Below, piece after piece: positions 18,627 through 27,548 of a stretch of 64,000 nt of DNA (within the stretch, counting starts at the first letter, position 1; every line of letters begins with the position of its first letter). The position numbers and the translations under genes were made by a program. This DNA is from Acidimicrobiia bacterium. GTDB lineage: Bacteria; Actinomycetota; Acidimicrobiia; IMCC26256; CAWATG01. The stretch covers positions 43,012-107,011 of the forward strand of contig JAXLRK010000001.1 in assembly GCA_046331155.1 (NCBI GenBank), given 5' to 3'. Below the pieces are notes generated by a model. It searched no databases, had not been told where the DNA came from, and saw only the letters and a list, made by a program, of their open reading frames with translations.

Positions 18627-19475
18627 ATGGACGACGAGCGCATCCACGAGATCAGCCGCCGGCTGCGCGCGCGAGCCGAGCCGATCCTCGGGGTGGTGTT
18701 CCACATGCCCGAGGCGTGGAACGGGTACCCCGACCTCGGCCTCGACGCCGTCGAGGGCACGCTCGCGGGCCGGGCCTCGTGCCTGGGCGCGGTCTCGGGC
18801 TACGTGGCCGCCGCGGCCTTCGGCGTGCTGGAACCGACGCACGTCGCCAAGGCCATCGACTCGGCCTGGGTCAAGACCGCTCCCGACGAGCTGTGGGATC
18901 GACGCCTCGATGCCGCCACGCGCTACCTCCGAGCACTGATCGGCGACGAGCCCGCCGGTGTCGAACGGGCGATCGAGATCCTGATGCCGGTCGTGGAAGC
19001 GGGGAGTGTGGCGGGGCACCCGATGTTCGCCGGGCTCTGCACGATGGACTGGCCCGACGTCCCGCTCGGCGACCTCTGGCACGCATGCAACCTGCTGCGC
19101 GAGCACCGGGGCGACTCCCACGTCAACGCCTGGTCGGCAGCCGGCCTCGATCCCGTGGAGATCAACGTGCTGAGCGAATCGTGGCGCGGGATGCTCCCGG
19201 ACACGATCACGGTCCACCAGCTCGGCTGGTCGCGATCGGAGGCCGCCGCGGCCCGCGAACGTCTCCGTGTGCGCGGCTTCCTCGACCGTGACCACGCGAT
19301 GACTGCCGAAGGACGCGCGCTTCGCGACGACATCGAGCGCGCGACGAGCCGGCAGCAGTGGACGATCGTCGAGGCACTCGGTGGGGACGTCGACGAGCTG
19401 TTCGCGCTGCTCGAACCCTGGGACCACGCCTGCGACGGCGCGGCCCCGATCGCCTGGCGTCAACCGGGGGCCTGA
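18627..19475 (+). CDS. conserved hypothetical protein with probable C-terminal winged-helix domain
   Basis: 282-aa ORF. The C-terminal 'LGWSRSEAAAARERLRVRGFLD ... MTAEGRALRDDIE' resembles a MarR-type wHTH. Confidence 0.55.
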   Translation: MDDERIHEISRRLRARAEPILGVVFHMPEAWNGYPDLGLDAVEGTLAGRASCLGAVSGYVAAAAFGVLEPTHVAKAIDSAWVKTAPDELWDRRLDAATRYLRALIGDEPAGVERAIEILMPVVEAGSVAGHPMFAGLCTMDWPDVPLGDLWHACNLLREHRGDSHVNAWSAAGLDPVEINVLSESWRGMLPDTITVHQLGWSRSEAAAARERLRVRGFLDRDHAMTAEGRALRDDIERATSRQQWTIVEALGGDVDELFALLEPWDHACDGAAPIAWRQPGA

Positions 19476-19565
19476 ACGCCCGCGGCATGCGATCCGTTCA
19501 GGGCCTGAACGCCGGCGGCATGCGCGCGGCTCAGGGCATGAACGCCGGTTGCATGTGACGGCTCA
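19468..19565. repeat. 33-bp tandem repeat, 3 copies, spanning two convergent gene ends
   Basis: Units gggcctgaacgcccgcggcatgcgatccgttca, gggcctgaacgccggcggcatgcgcgcggctca and gggcatgaacgccggttgcatgtgacggctca. Confidence 0.85.
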
Positions 19566-19980
19566 GGTCCCCCAGAAGGTCCGGGATGATGAGCCGGTCG
19601 GTGAAGTACCAGCCGGCGTCGTCACGCGCGAACGCGTCCTCGTACCGTCCGGCGATGATCGGCTGCAACGGCAGTTCGGGCGTCGCCTGCAACACGGTGA
19701 AGTAGGTCCGTGCGGCCGCGGTGCTCTCGTCGCGGGCGAGCTCGATCGTCACGTTCGTCATCTGGTGCTTCGTGCGCGGGACGCCGTCGTAGAGGATCAC
19801 ACCTTCGTAGGCAGCCCGCGCTTCGGCGGAGCCGCGCAGCACCACCTCGTGACCGGCTGCACGCCAGGTCGACCGGGCGAAGAGCGCGGCGACGCCGTCG
19901 AGGTCCCCGAGGTCGAGGAGCTCGGCGTACCGGTGGATCAGGGTGCGGATCGCGTCCGCGTGATCGGTCACGATCGCCAT
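19531..19980 (-). CDS. SnoaL-like / NTF2-family protein
   Basis: I chose the internal ATG at 19980 ('MAIVTDHADAIRTLIHRYAELLD'). The upstream part of the 237-aa ORF is non-coding-like. Confidence 0.7.
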   Translation of the reverse strand: MAIVTDHADAIRTLIHRYAELLDLGDLDGVAALFARSTWRAAGHEVVLRGSAEARAAYEGVILYDGVPRTKHQMTNVTIELARDESTAAARTYFTVLQATPELPLQPIIAGRYEDAFARDDAGWYFTDRLIIPDLLGDLSRHMQPAFMP

Positions 19981-20011
19981 CCTCGCACGCCGGCCGGTTA
20001 GCGTCGATCCG

Positions 20012-21640
20012 ATGATCGGGTCGACGCGCCGGTTCTGGGGGTGGGGCACCGAGGCCGACGCACTCTCGCCGTCGCAGGTGTCGGACCTCGGGGCGATGCT
20101 CGCGACGCTCTTCAACCTCGACGACGTGGACCCGGTCGCACCGCCGACGGTCGAGGAGCTGCACCTCCCCGAGCCGCGCCTCTCGCCACCCGCGGTGTTG
20201 GCGCCGATGTGCACCACCGATCCGGGCGAGCGCGCGGGACACACCTACGGCAAGAGCTTCCGCGACGTCGTGCGCGCGCTGCGCCGCGACTTCGCCCACC
20301 CGCCCGACCTGGTCGCGCTCCCGCGCTCCGAGTCCGACGTGGTGGCGCTGCTCGACTGGTGCTCCGACACCGGCGCCGCGGCCATCCCATACGGCGGCGG
20401 GTCGTCGGTGGTGGGCGGTGTGGAGTGCGACGTGGGCGACGCGTACCGCGGCGTCGTCAGCATCGACCTCCGGCACCTCGACCGGGTGCTCGAGGTGGAC
20501 CGGCCGTCGCGCGCGGCTCGCATCCAGGCGGGAACGTACGGCCCCGCGCTCGAAGACCAGCTCCGGCCGCACGGCCTCACGTTGCGCCACTTCCCACAGT
20601 CCTTCGAGCACTCGACGTTGGGCGGCTGGCTCGCGACCCGAGCCGGCGGCCACTTCGCGACGCTCTACACACACATCGACGACCTCACCGAGTCGCTCCG
20701 GATGGTGACACCCCGTGGCGTGCTCGAGTCGCGTCGCCTGCCGGGATCCGGTGCGGGCCCGTCGCCCGACCGGCTGCTCCTGGGGTCCGAGGGCACGCTC
20801 GGCGTGATCACCGAGGCCTGGATGCGGGTGCAGGACCGGCCGCGTCACCGCGCATCGGCCACCGCGACGTTCACCGACTACGGCACCGCGGTCGACGCGA
20901 CTCGCGCGCTCGCCCAGAGCGGGCTCCATCCGTCGAACTGCCGGCTCATCGACGCGACCGAGGCGCTGATCATGGGCGTCGGCGACGGTTCCGCGCACGT
21001 GTTGCTCGTCGCGTTCGAGTCCGCCGACCATCCCCTCGACGCCTGGATCGCCCGTGCGGTCGAGTGCACCCGCGACCATGGAGGAACCGTCGACGGCGCG
21101 AGCGGCCGGACCGGGACCGAGGACGGGTCGGACGTGGGGTCGAGCAGCGGACGCGAAGGGATGTCGGCGTCGTGGCGGACCGCGTTCATCCGTGCTCCGT
21201 ACACCCGAGACGCGCTGGTGCAGATGGGAATGCTGAACGAGACGTTCGAGACCGCGATCACCTGGGACCGGTTCGAATCGCTCCACCGGACGGTGACGAC
21301 CGCGACGCGCGACGCACTGCGTGCGGTCGGCGCGGGCGACGGGGTCGTCACCTGCCGCTTCACGCACGTGTATCCGGATGGACCGGCCCCGTACTTCACG
21401 GTCGTGGCTCCCGGCCGGCGCGACGGCATGCTCGAGCAGTGGGCCGCCGTCAAGGCCGCCGCGTCCGCAGCCATCGTCGAGCACGGCGGCACGATCACCC
21501 ACCACCACGCCGTCGGCCGCGACCACCGGCCCTGGTACGACCGGCAACGCCCACCGCTGTTCGCCGAGGCGTTGCGGGCCGTCAAGAGGACGCTCGACCC
21601 CGCCTCCATCCTGAACCCGGGCGTGCTCGTCGACCCGTGA
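20012..21640 (+). CDS. FAD-binding oxidoreductase (FAD-linked oxidase, alkyl-DHAP-synthase-like)
   Basis: 542 aa with 'AIPYGGGSSVVGG' and 'HHHAVGRDH' near the C-terminus. Confidence 0.8.
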   Translation: MIGSTRRFWGWGTEADALSPSQVSDLGAMLATLFNLDDVDPVAPPTVEELHLPEPRLSPPAVLAPMCTTDPGERAGHTYGKSFRDVVRALRRDFAHPPDLVALPRSESDVVALLDWCSDTGAAAIPYGGGSSVVGGVECDVGDAYRGVVSIDLRHLDRVLEVDRPSRAARIQAGTYGPALEDQLRPHGLTLRHFPQSFEHSTLGGWLATRAGGHFATLYTHIDDLTESLRMVTPRGVLESRRLPGSGAGPSPDRLLLGSEGTLGVITEAWMRVQDRPRHRASATATFTDYGTAVDATRALAQSGLHPSNCRLIDATEALIMGVGDGSAHVLLVAFESADHPLDAWIARAVECTRDHGGTVDGASGRTGTEDGSDVGSSSGREGMSASWRTAFIRAPYTRDALVQMGMLNETFETAITWDRFESLHRTVTTATRDALRAVGAGDGVVTCRFTHVYPDGPAPYFTVVAPGRRDGMLEQWAAVKAAASAAIVEHGGTITHHHAVGRDHRPWYDRQRPPLFAEALRAVKRTLDPASILNPGVLVDP

Positions 21641-21657
21641 CACCGTCGTTCCACACC

Positions 21658-21703
21658 AAAAGGTAGCGATCCGTAACGAATACGTTACGGATCGCTACCT
21701 TTT
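21658..21703 (+). terminator. intrinsic-terminator-like perfect 21-bp hairpin flanked by A4/T4
   Basis: Sequence aaaaggtagcgatccgtaacg-aata-cgttacggatcgctacctttt, 18 nt after the stop of the FAD oxidase. It is symmetrical, so it could work in both directions. Confidence 0.7.
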
Positions 21704-21718
21704 GTAGGGAGGTGCGAT

Positions 21719-22483
21719 ATGGCCGTCGACGTTGCTCAGGAAGGTCGCGTCACCGTCGTCACGATCGACCGACCCGAGGTCCGCAACGCGGTCGACGGCC
21801 CGACCGCGCAGGCGCTCGCCGACGCGTTCCGGTCCTTCGACCTCGATCCCGACCACGACGTTGCCGTCCTCACCGGTGCCGGCGGCACGTTCTGCTCGGG
21901 TGCCGACCTCACCGCCGTCGCCGCGGGCCGGGGCAATCGCGTCCGTCCCGACGGCGACGGGCCGATGGGCCCGACGCGCATGGTGCTCTCCAAGCCCGCG
22001 ATCGCGGCGGTCGAGGGTTACGCGGTCGCGGGCGGGCTGGAGCTCGCCCTGTGGTGCGACCTGCGCGTCGCCGCGCGTGACGCGGTCTTCGGCGTCTTCT
22101 GCCGGCGCTGGGGGGTCCCCTTGATCGACGGCGGCACGGTCCGCCTGCCGCGACTCGTCGGCGAGAGCCACGCGCTCGACCTGATCCTGACCGGGCGCGG
22201 CGTGTCGGGCGACGAAGCGCAACGCATCGGGCTGGCGAACCGCCTGGTCGAACCGGGCCGGGCGCTCGAGGCGGCCGTGGCGCTGGCGGCCGAGCTCGTG
22301 CGCCTCCCGCAGCGGTGCCTGCGCAGCGACCGTCGTTCCGTGCTCGAACAGCACGGCCGGCCCGTCGACGACGCGCTGCGCCGGGAGTACGAGCTCGGCC
22401 TCGAGACGATCGAGTCCGGCGAGACGCTCGACGGTGCGACCCGGTTCGCCGCGGGGGCCGGCCGCCACGGCGCCCCGACCTGA
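21719..22483 (+). CDS. enoyl-CoA hydratase/crotonase-family protein
   Basis: Has 'VTIDRPEVRNAVD', 'FCSGADL' and 'AVEGYAVAGGLELALWCDLRVA'. Confidence 0.85.
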   Translation: MAVDVAQEGRVTVVTIDRPEVRNAVDGPTAQALADAFRSFDLDPDHDVAVLTGAGGTFCSGADLTAVAAGRGNRVRPDGDGPMGPTRMVLSKPAIAAVEGYAVAGGLELALWCDLRVAARDAVFGVFCRRWGVPLIDGGTVRLPRLVGESHALDLILTGRGVSGDEAQRIGLANRLVEPGRALEAAVALAAELVRLPQRCLRSDRRSVLEQHGRPVDDALRREYELGLETIESGETLDGATRFAAGAGRHGAPT

Positions 22484-22508
22484 CCCGCGTCGCGCGTCGC
22501 GCGTCGGC

Positions 22509-23672
22509 TCAGGCTTGGTCGGCGTGGCCGCTGAACGGCGCCCGGGGGAAGTGCTCGTCGCGATGCTCATCGGTCACGAGGTGGTTGACGTCGTCGCGGC
22601 TCAGCAGGCCCACGACGCGCGGGCCGTCGAGGACCGCGAGGGCGTGGCGCCGGGACGGCACCAGCACCTCGAACGTCGCCTGCTCGAGGTCGGCGTCGGC
22701 GGCCAGCGTGGGCGCGTCACGGTCGAGGACCTGCCCGACGGTGAGCTCACCCGGCACGGACTCGAGGCCGAATGCGTGCAACAGGCCTACGTAATCGTGG
22801 CCGTAAGTCACGGGGAACGACCGCTGCGCGTACCGGCGCAGCACGGGGATCACGTCGCCGACGAGGGTGGCCGCCTCGAACGTCACCGGGTCGGTGAGCA
22901 TGGCGTCGCCCACGACGTGGCCTTCGAGCCGGAGATGGACGACGGTCGCGGCTTCCTCGGCGGACGCGCCGAACCAGACGAAGATGCCGATGATCAGCAG
23001 GAACAGGTTGACGAGGAACCCGACCCCAACCATCACGGCGGCGAGCACGCGGCCGACGCGGGCCGCGATGCGGGTAGCCGTCTCCAGGTCGTACCGGCGT
23101 TCGAGCAGTGACCGCAGCACGCGTCCACCGTCGAGCGGGTAGGCCGGCAGCAGGTTGAACGCGCCGACGATCAGGTTGAACCACGCGAGGCGGTGCAGGA
23201 TCGAGCCGGTGGCGAGGTCCACCGGCCAGAGGTCGCGGCCGAGTGCGACACAGACGACGGCCGCCAGCACGCCGAGCGCAAAGCTGGTCAACGGGCCGAC
23301 GATGGCGATCGCGAACTCGTCGCGCGGGTTCTCGGGGAGGTTCTCGAGCCGCGAGACCCCACCGATGGGCAACAGCACGATCTCGCGTACCGTTGCGCCA
23401 CGACGGCGGGCCACCAGGCTGTGGGCCAGCTCGTGCGCGACGACGCAGGCGAAGATGATCACGAGCCAGCCGATGCCCGCGATCGGTCCGTCCGGATCCA
23501 TCGCGAAGAGCGCGACCAGGGCCAGGAACGTGAGGTGGACGCGCAGTTCGATCCCGGCGATCCGCCCGAGCGGCACGGACCACTTCGAGGTCTGCTGCTC
23601 CTCGCGCTGCGCCGGTCCCGGCGATGCCATCACGACCTCCCGTCGCGGTCGACCGTACCCCGGTGGGAACAC
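22509..23672 (-). CDS. site-2 protease family (M50) metalloprotease with C-terminal CBS pair
   Basis: Has 'VVAHELAHSLVARRRG' (HExxH), several TM segments and a CBS-like C-terminus. An alternative ATG lies at 23630. Confidence 0.8.
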   Translation of the reverse strand: MFPPGYGRPRREVVMASPGPAQREEQQTSKWSVPLGRIAGIELRVHLTFLALVALFAMDPDGPIAGIGWLVIIFACVVAHELAHSLVARRRGATVREIVLLPIGGVSRLENLPENPRDEFAIAIVGPLTSFALGVLAAVVCVALGRDLWPVDLATGSILHRLAWFNLIVGAFNLLPAYPLDGGRVLRSLLERRYDLETATRIAARVGRVLAAVMVGVGFLVNLFLLIIGIFVWFGASAEEAATVVHLRLEGHVVGDAMLTDPVTFEAATLVGDVIPVLRRYAQRSFPVTYGHDYVGLLHAFGLESVPGELTVGQVLDRDAPTLAADADLEQATFEVLVPSRRHALAVLDGPRVVGLLSRDDVNHLVTDEHRDEHFPRAPFSGHADQA

Positions 23673-23739
23673 CGAAGTGAGGGCAGGAAGTCCCGTGGTC
23701 CACGTACCCGGAGGGAGCGTCGAGCTCCCACGGACACTG

Positions 23740-23822
23740 TGCCCGGAGGGAGACTCGAACTCCCACGCTCCGAAGAGCCGGCGGGTTTAAGCCGCCTGCG
23801 TCTGCCGTTCCGCCATCCGGGC
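23740..23822 (-). tRNA. tRNA-Leu (anticodon UAA), long variable arm
   Basis: Hand-folded cloverleaf: acceptor GCCCGGA/TCCGGGC, anticodon arm GGCGG-CTTAAAC-CCGCC, variable arm GGCTCTTCGGAGCGT, T arm GGGAG-TTCGAGT-CTCCC, discriminator A. CCA is not encoded. Confidence 0.9.
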
Positions 23823-23841
23823 GGCCCCAGGGTAGTGACCG

Positions 23842-24177
23842 CTACGCGGCCGCCGGGCCGGCCCGGCCCGTCGTGGGCAGGACCGGATCCGCGTCCAACG
23901 CACCGACGAGCAGGCGCCGGACCCGCGCCGCGGTGTCGCCGCCGAGGGAGTTGGCGACGACGACACCTTCGACCATGTCGGCGACGACCTCGTCGAGCGA
24001 GCGGCCTTGCAGCCGGACCGCCACCACGGCACCACCCGGGTACCGGCGCACGGTCCGGCGGGCGCCGGCGATCCGCGGGGGGCTGCGGAACGCCGGGACC
24101 CGGAGCCCGCCGGCCCGGGCCGCGGCACCGAGCACACGGGCCACGTGTGCGAACCGGAGCGCGGAGACGGGGTGCAT
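23842..24177 (-). CDS. hypothetical protein
   Basis: 111-aa ORF with genome-typical GC3. No motif recognised. Confidence 0.45.
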   Translation of the reverse strand: MHPVSALRFAHVARVLGAAARAGGLRVPAFRSPPRIAGARRTVRRYPGGAVVAVRLQGRSLDEVVADMVEGVVVANSLGGDTAARVRRLLVGALDADPVLPTTGRAGPAAA

Positions 24178-24230
24178 GCCACGATGATCCCACGGGGGTG
24201 TGACAGCTCCCCGACCCCCTCACCACCCTC

Positions 24231-24279
24231 GTTCTTTCGATGTTTTCCCCGAACTATTGGGGGATTCCATCGAAAGAAC
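24231..24279. repeat. 48-bp palindromic element, copy 2 of 3
   Basis: Sequence gttctttcgatgttttccccgaactattgggggattccatcgaaagaac. It has a C-rich left flank and a G-rich right flank. Confidence 0.85.
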
Positions 24280-24333
24280 GCGGGGGGGGAACGCGGGGGA
24301 ACGCAGGGGGATCTGCAACTTCCTGACCTACTC

Positions 24334-24629
24334 GACCACGGCAGCCCGTGGCCCGGCTGCTCGGAGCCGGCGGGCGGCCGCCGAGCAGGGCATCGACGGG
24401 CTCTGGCTCGCCCTCGGCCTCGGCACCGCGCTCCTCGTCGCCGGGGTGCTCGCGGCGCCGGCGATCGTCGGCCTCATGGGCCCGTCCGCCGCGGTGGAGC
24501 CCGCCGCGGTCACGTACCTGCGGATCAGCGCTGTGGGGCGCGCTGAGCCTCTTCATGGTTGCTCGCCTCGTCGGCAACCTCGCCCGGTTCCGTGCCGGTG
24601 GCTGGCAGGTGGCCGGCGCCACCCGGTGA
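24334..24629 (+). pseudogene. remnant of a MATE-family efflux transporter (internal deletion plus frameshift)
   Basis: One frame reads 'QGIDGLWLALGLGTALLVAGVLAAPAIVGLMGPSAAVEPAAVTYLRIS', like MATE TM3-4. A second frame reads 'ALWGALSLFMVARLVGNLARFRAGGWQVAG*', like a MATE C-terminus. The two are joined directly near 24525. Confidence 0.5.
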
Positions 24630-24722
24630 AGCGGGGCGTGGGCGCCCACCGACGGAGTGGGGACGTCCGACTCGGGCGCGACTCGGCTTGCGTGACCAGC
24701 CCCGACGCGGTTTCCTTCCTGC

Positions 24723-25676
24723 GTGGCGGACCATCCCGAACCCCCGGTCCTCGGCGTCGTGCCCGCCGGCCGTGCACGCGAAGCCGCGGTCGGGCGGCCC
24801 ACCGGCAGCGCGCTGGTGCCGTTGCGGCGCGGTCGCGCGGCCGAGGTCGGCGAGGAACTCGAGGAGGCCAGCCTCGCCGACGACCGGCAGTACCGGCAGG
24901 GCGACGTCGACAACTGGGGCCGCAGCGAGCACATCCGCCAGATCGCCCACCGCGTCTACGGCCCGCTGTACCGGCGGTGGTTCCGGGCCGAGTGGGAAGG
25001 CCTCGAGAACATCCCGACGACAGGCGGTGCCCTGCTCGTCGCCAACCACGCCGGCGCCATACCTTCCGACGCCCCGGTCATCATGCACGGCCTCGAGACC
25101 GAGATCGGCCGCCCGGTGTACGCGCTCGCCGAGTACCTCTTCCGCACGATTCCCATCGTCGGCACGATGTGGTCGCGAACGGGTGGAGTCTCGGCCCACC
25201 CGGAGAACGCGTACCGGTTGCTCCGCGACGAGCAGCAGCTCGTGCTCGTCTTCCCCGAGGGCGCGAAAGGGCCGGGCAAGCACTACTCCGAGCGCTACCG
25301 GCTGCGCCGTTTCGGGCGGGGCGGCTTCGTGGAGATCGCGATGCGGGCCGGCGTGCCCGTGATCCCGGTCGCGGTGGTGGGCGCAGAGGAGTCCATGCCC
25401 ATCATCTTCAAGAGCACCCGGCTCGCCAAGATGATGAACATCCCGTACGTGCCGATCACCGCGAACATGCTGATGTTCGGCCCTCTCGGCGTGGTCGCGT
25501 ACTTCCCCGTGAAGTTCAAGCTCCGGGTGCTCCCGCCCGTGACCTTCGACGTCCCGCCCGATCAGGAGCGGTACAACCGCAGCCGCGTCATGGACGACGC
25601 CGACGCGATCCGGGAGCAGATCCAGGAGGCCCTCTACGACATGCTCCGCACCCGCCGCAGCATCTGGTTCGGGTAG
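24723..25676 (+). CDS. lysophospholipid/1-acyl-sn-glycerol-3-phosphate acyltransferase family protein
   Basis: Has 'LLVANHAGAIPSDAPV' (HxxxxD-type block), 'VFPEGAKG' and 'VPVIPVAVVG'. GTG start. Confidence 0.8.
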   Translation: MADHPEPPVLGVVPAGRAREAAVGRPTGSALVPLRRGRAAEVGEELEEASLADDRQYRQGDVDNWGRSEHIRQIAHRVYGPLYRRWFRAEWEGLENIPTTGGALLVANHAGAIPSDAPVIMHGLETEIGRPVYALAEYLFRTIPIVGTMWSRTGGVSAHPENAYRLLRDEQQLVLVFPEGAKGPGKHYSERYRLRRFGRGGFVEIAMRAGVPVIPVAVVGAEESMPIIFKSTRLAKMMNIPYVPITANMLMFGPLGVVAYFPVKFKLRVLPPVTFDVPPDQERYNRSRVMDDADAIREQIQEALYDMLRTRRSIWFG

Positions 25677-25683
25677 GAGCGTC

Positions 25684-26718
25684 GTGCGGATCCTCGTCAC
25701 CGGTCTCGGCACGTTCTGGGGCAGCCGCATCGCGCAGCAGCTCGAACGGCGCGACGACGTCGAGGTGATCGTAGGCCTCGACACCCGCGAGCCGAAGCTG
25801 CCGCTGGAACGCACCGAGTTCGTGCGGGCCGACTCCTCGTACTCGATCCTCAACCGCATCGTGCGCGCGACCCAGGTCGACACGATCCTGCACACGCACC
25901 TGATCGTCGACTCGACCAACATCAGCGGCCGCGCGATGCACGAGATCAACGTCATCGGGACCATGAACCTGCTCGCGGCCGCAGGTTCCGCGGGCAGCCC
26001 CGTCCGCAAGGTCGTGGTGAAGAGCTCGACGCTCGTCTACGGCGCGTCGTACAAGGATCCGTACTTCTTCCGCGAGTCGATGCAGCGCGCGCGGGCTCCC
26101 CGCACGCGCGTCGAACGGTCGCTCCTCGAGGCCGCGGACTTCCTCCGCGACTTCGCGCAGGACAATCCGCACATCACCGTCACCAAGCTCCGGCTGTCCA
26201 ACGTGTTGGGCGACGACCTCTCGACCCCGTTCTCCAAGGCGCTGCGCGCACCGTTCGTGCCCGAGATCTTCGGATTCGACCCCCGCCTCCAGTTCACGCA
26301 CGAGGACGACGTCGCGGGTGCACTCCTCTACGCCACGGTGAACGACATCCCCGGCATCTTCAACGTGGCGGGCGACGGCACGCTGCCGTGGAGCGAGGTG
26401 TGCATGATCGTCGGCCGGCCGCGCGTCGCGCTCCCGCCCGTGTTGACCGGTCTCGCGGCCGAGCCGCTCCGCTTCTTCGGGCTCGAGCTCCCCCAGGAGA
26501 CCGTCGACCTCCTGCGCTACGGGCGCGCGGTCGACAACACGCGCTTCAAGCGCGCCGGCTACCGGTACCGCTACACGACGGCCGGTACGGTCGACGCGTT
26601 CGCGCGCACGCTGCGCCTGGAATCGACCATCGGGGAGCGGCATCCCCACTACCGCTACGAGCGCGACGTCGAGACGTTCTTCCGGCACTCCCCGGCGGTC
26701 GTTCGAGAAGCGGAGTAG
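25684..26718 (+). CDS. NAD-dependent epimerase/dehydratase family protein
   Basis: Has 'RILVTGLGTFWGSRIAQQL' (Rossmann) and 'VYGAS'. GTG start. Confidence 0.8.
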   Translation: MRILVTGLGTFWGSRIAQQLERRDDVEVIVGLDTREPKLPLERTEFVRADSSYSILNRIVRATQVDTILHTHLIVDSTNISGRAMHEINVIGTMNLLAAAGSAGSPVRKVVVKSSTLVYGASYKDPYFFRESMQRARAPRTRVERSLLEAADFLRDFAQDNPHITVTKLRLSNVLGDDLSTPFSKALRAPFVPEIFGFDPRLQFTHEDDVAGALLYATVNDIPGIFNVAGDGTLPWSEVCMIVGRPRVALPPVLTGLAAEPLRFFGLELPQETVDLLRYGRAVDNTRFKRAGYRYRYTTAGTVDAFARTLRLESTIGERHPHYRYERDVETFFRHSPAVVREAE

Positions 26719-26722
26719 CTCC

Positions 26723-27475
26723 GTGCCGCTGCTCGTCGAACGTCGCGACCGCGTCGCCGTCCTCGTCCTCGACGACCCGCCGCGCCGCAACGCGCTGTCG
26801 CCCGAGCTGGTCTCCGAGATCGTCGACACAGTGGGGGAGCTCGAGCGCGACGACACCGTCGGCGCCCTGGTCGTCACCGGGGAACCTCCCGCGTTCTGTT
26901 CGGGGGCCGACGTGGGCAACCTCGCCGCACTCACGGACGCCGGCGCGGACGCGGGCTCGACGGACCTGCGGGGGATCTACGAGGGGTTCCTGCGGGTCGA
27001 GCGATCGACCCTCCCGACGGTCGCGGCGGTGAACGGGCCCGCGGTCGGCGCCGGCCTGAACCTGGCCCTGGCCTGCGATCTCCGCCTGGCCTCCCCCTCG
27101 GCCCGGTTCGACTCGCGGTTCCTCTCGATCGGCATCCACCCCGGCGGTGGACACGCCTGGTTCCTCGAGCGGACCGTGGGCCGCCAGGCCGCGGCGGCGA
27201 TGGTGGTGTTCGGCGAGCCCGTCGACGCCGACCGGGCCCTCGAGCTCGGGCTGGTCTGGGAGGTCGTCGCGGACGACACGCTGGTGGACCGGGCCGTCGA
27301 GCTGGCAGGGCGGGCGGCGGAGCTCCCGCGGCCGGTGGTGGAGCGGGCCGAGGCCACGCTGCGGGAGGTCCCGTGGCAACCCGACCTCGAGGCCGCGGTC
27401 ACGACCGAGCTCACCCGCCAGGCCTGGTCGTTCGGCCAGCCCTACTTCGCCGAACGGACCCGGAAGCGCTCGTAG
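26723..27475 (+). CDS. enoyl-CoA hydratase/isomerase family protein
   Basis: Has 'LDDPPRRNAL', 'FCSGADV' and 'AVNGPAVGAGLNLALACDLRLA'. Confidence 0.85.
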   Translation: MPLLVERRDRVAVLVLDDPPRRNALSPELVSEIVDTVGELERDDTVGALVVTGEPPAFCSGADVGNLAALTDAGADAGSTDLRGIYEGFLRVERSTLPTVAAVNGPAVGAGLNLALACDLRLASPSARFDSRFLSIGIHPGGGHAWFLERTVGRQAAAAMVVFGEPVDADRALELGLVWEVVADDTLVDRAVELAGRAAELPRPVVERAEATLREVPWQPDLEAAVTTELTRQAWSFGQPYFAERTRKRS

Positions 27476-27548
27476 CGCACAGCTCGGCCCGGCCGGCCCT
27501 CGTCGCGGAACGGACTGGGAGGGGCTCCGGAGCGTGTAGGCTTTTGTC

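Noticed and set aside
24200-25768. 522-aa plus-strand ORF spanning the palindromic element, MATE remnant and acyltransferase region
   Set aside because: It is a composite artefact. Only a short stretch (MATE TM3-4-like) looks coding in this frame, and the acyltransferase is encoded in a different frame (24723..25676).
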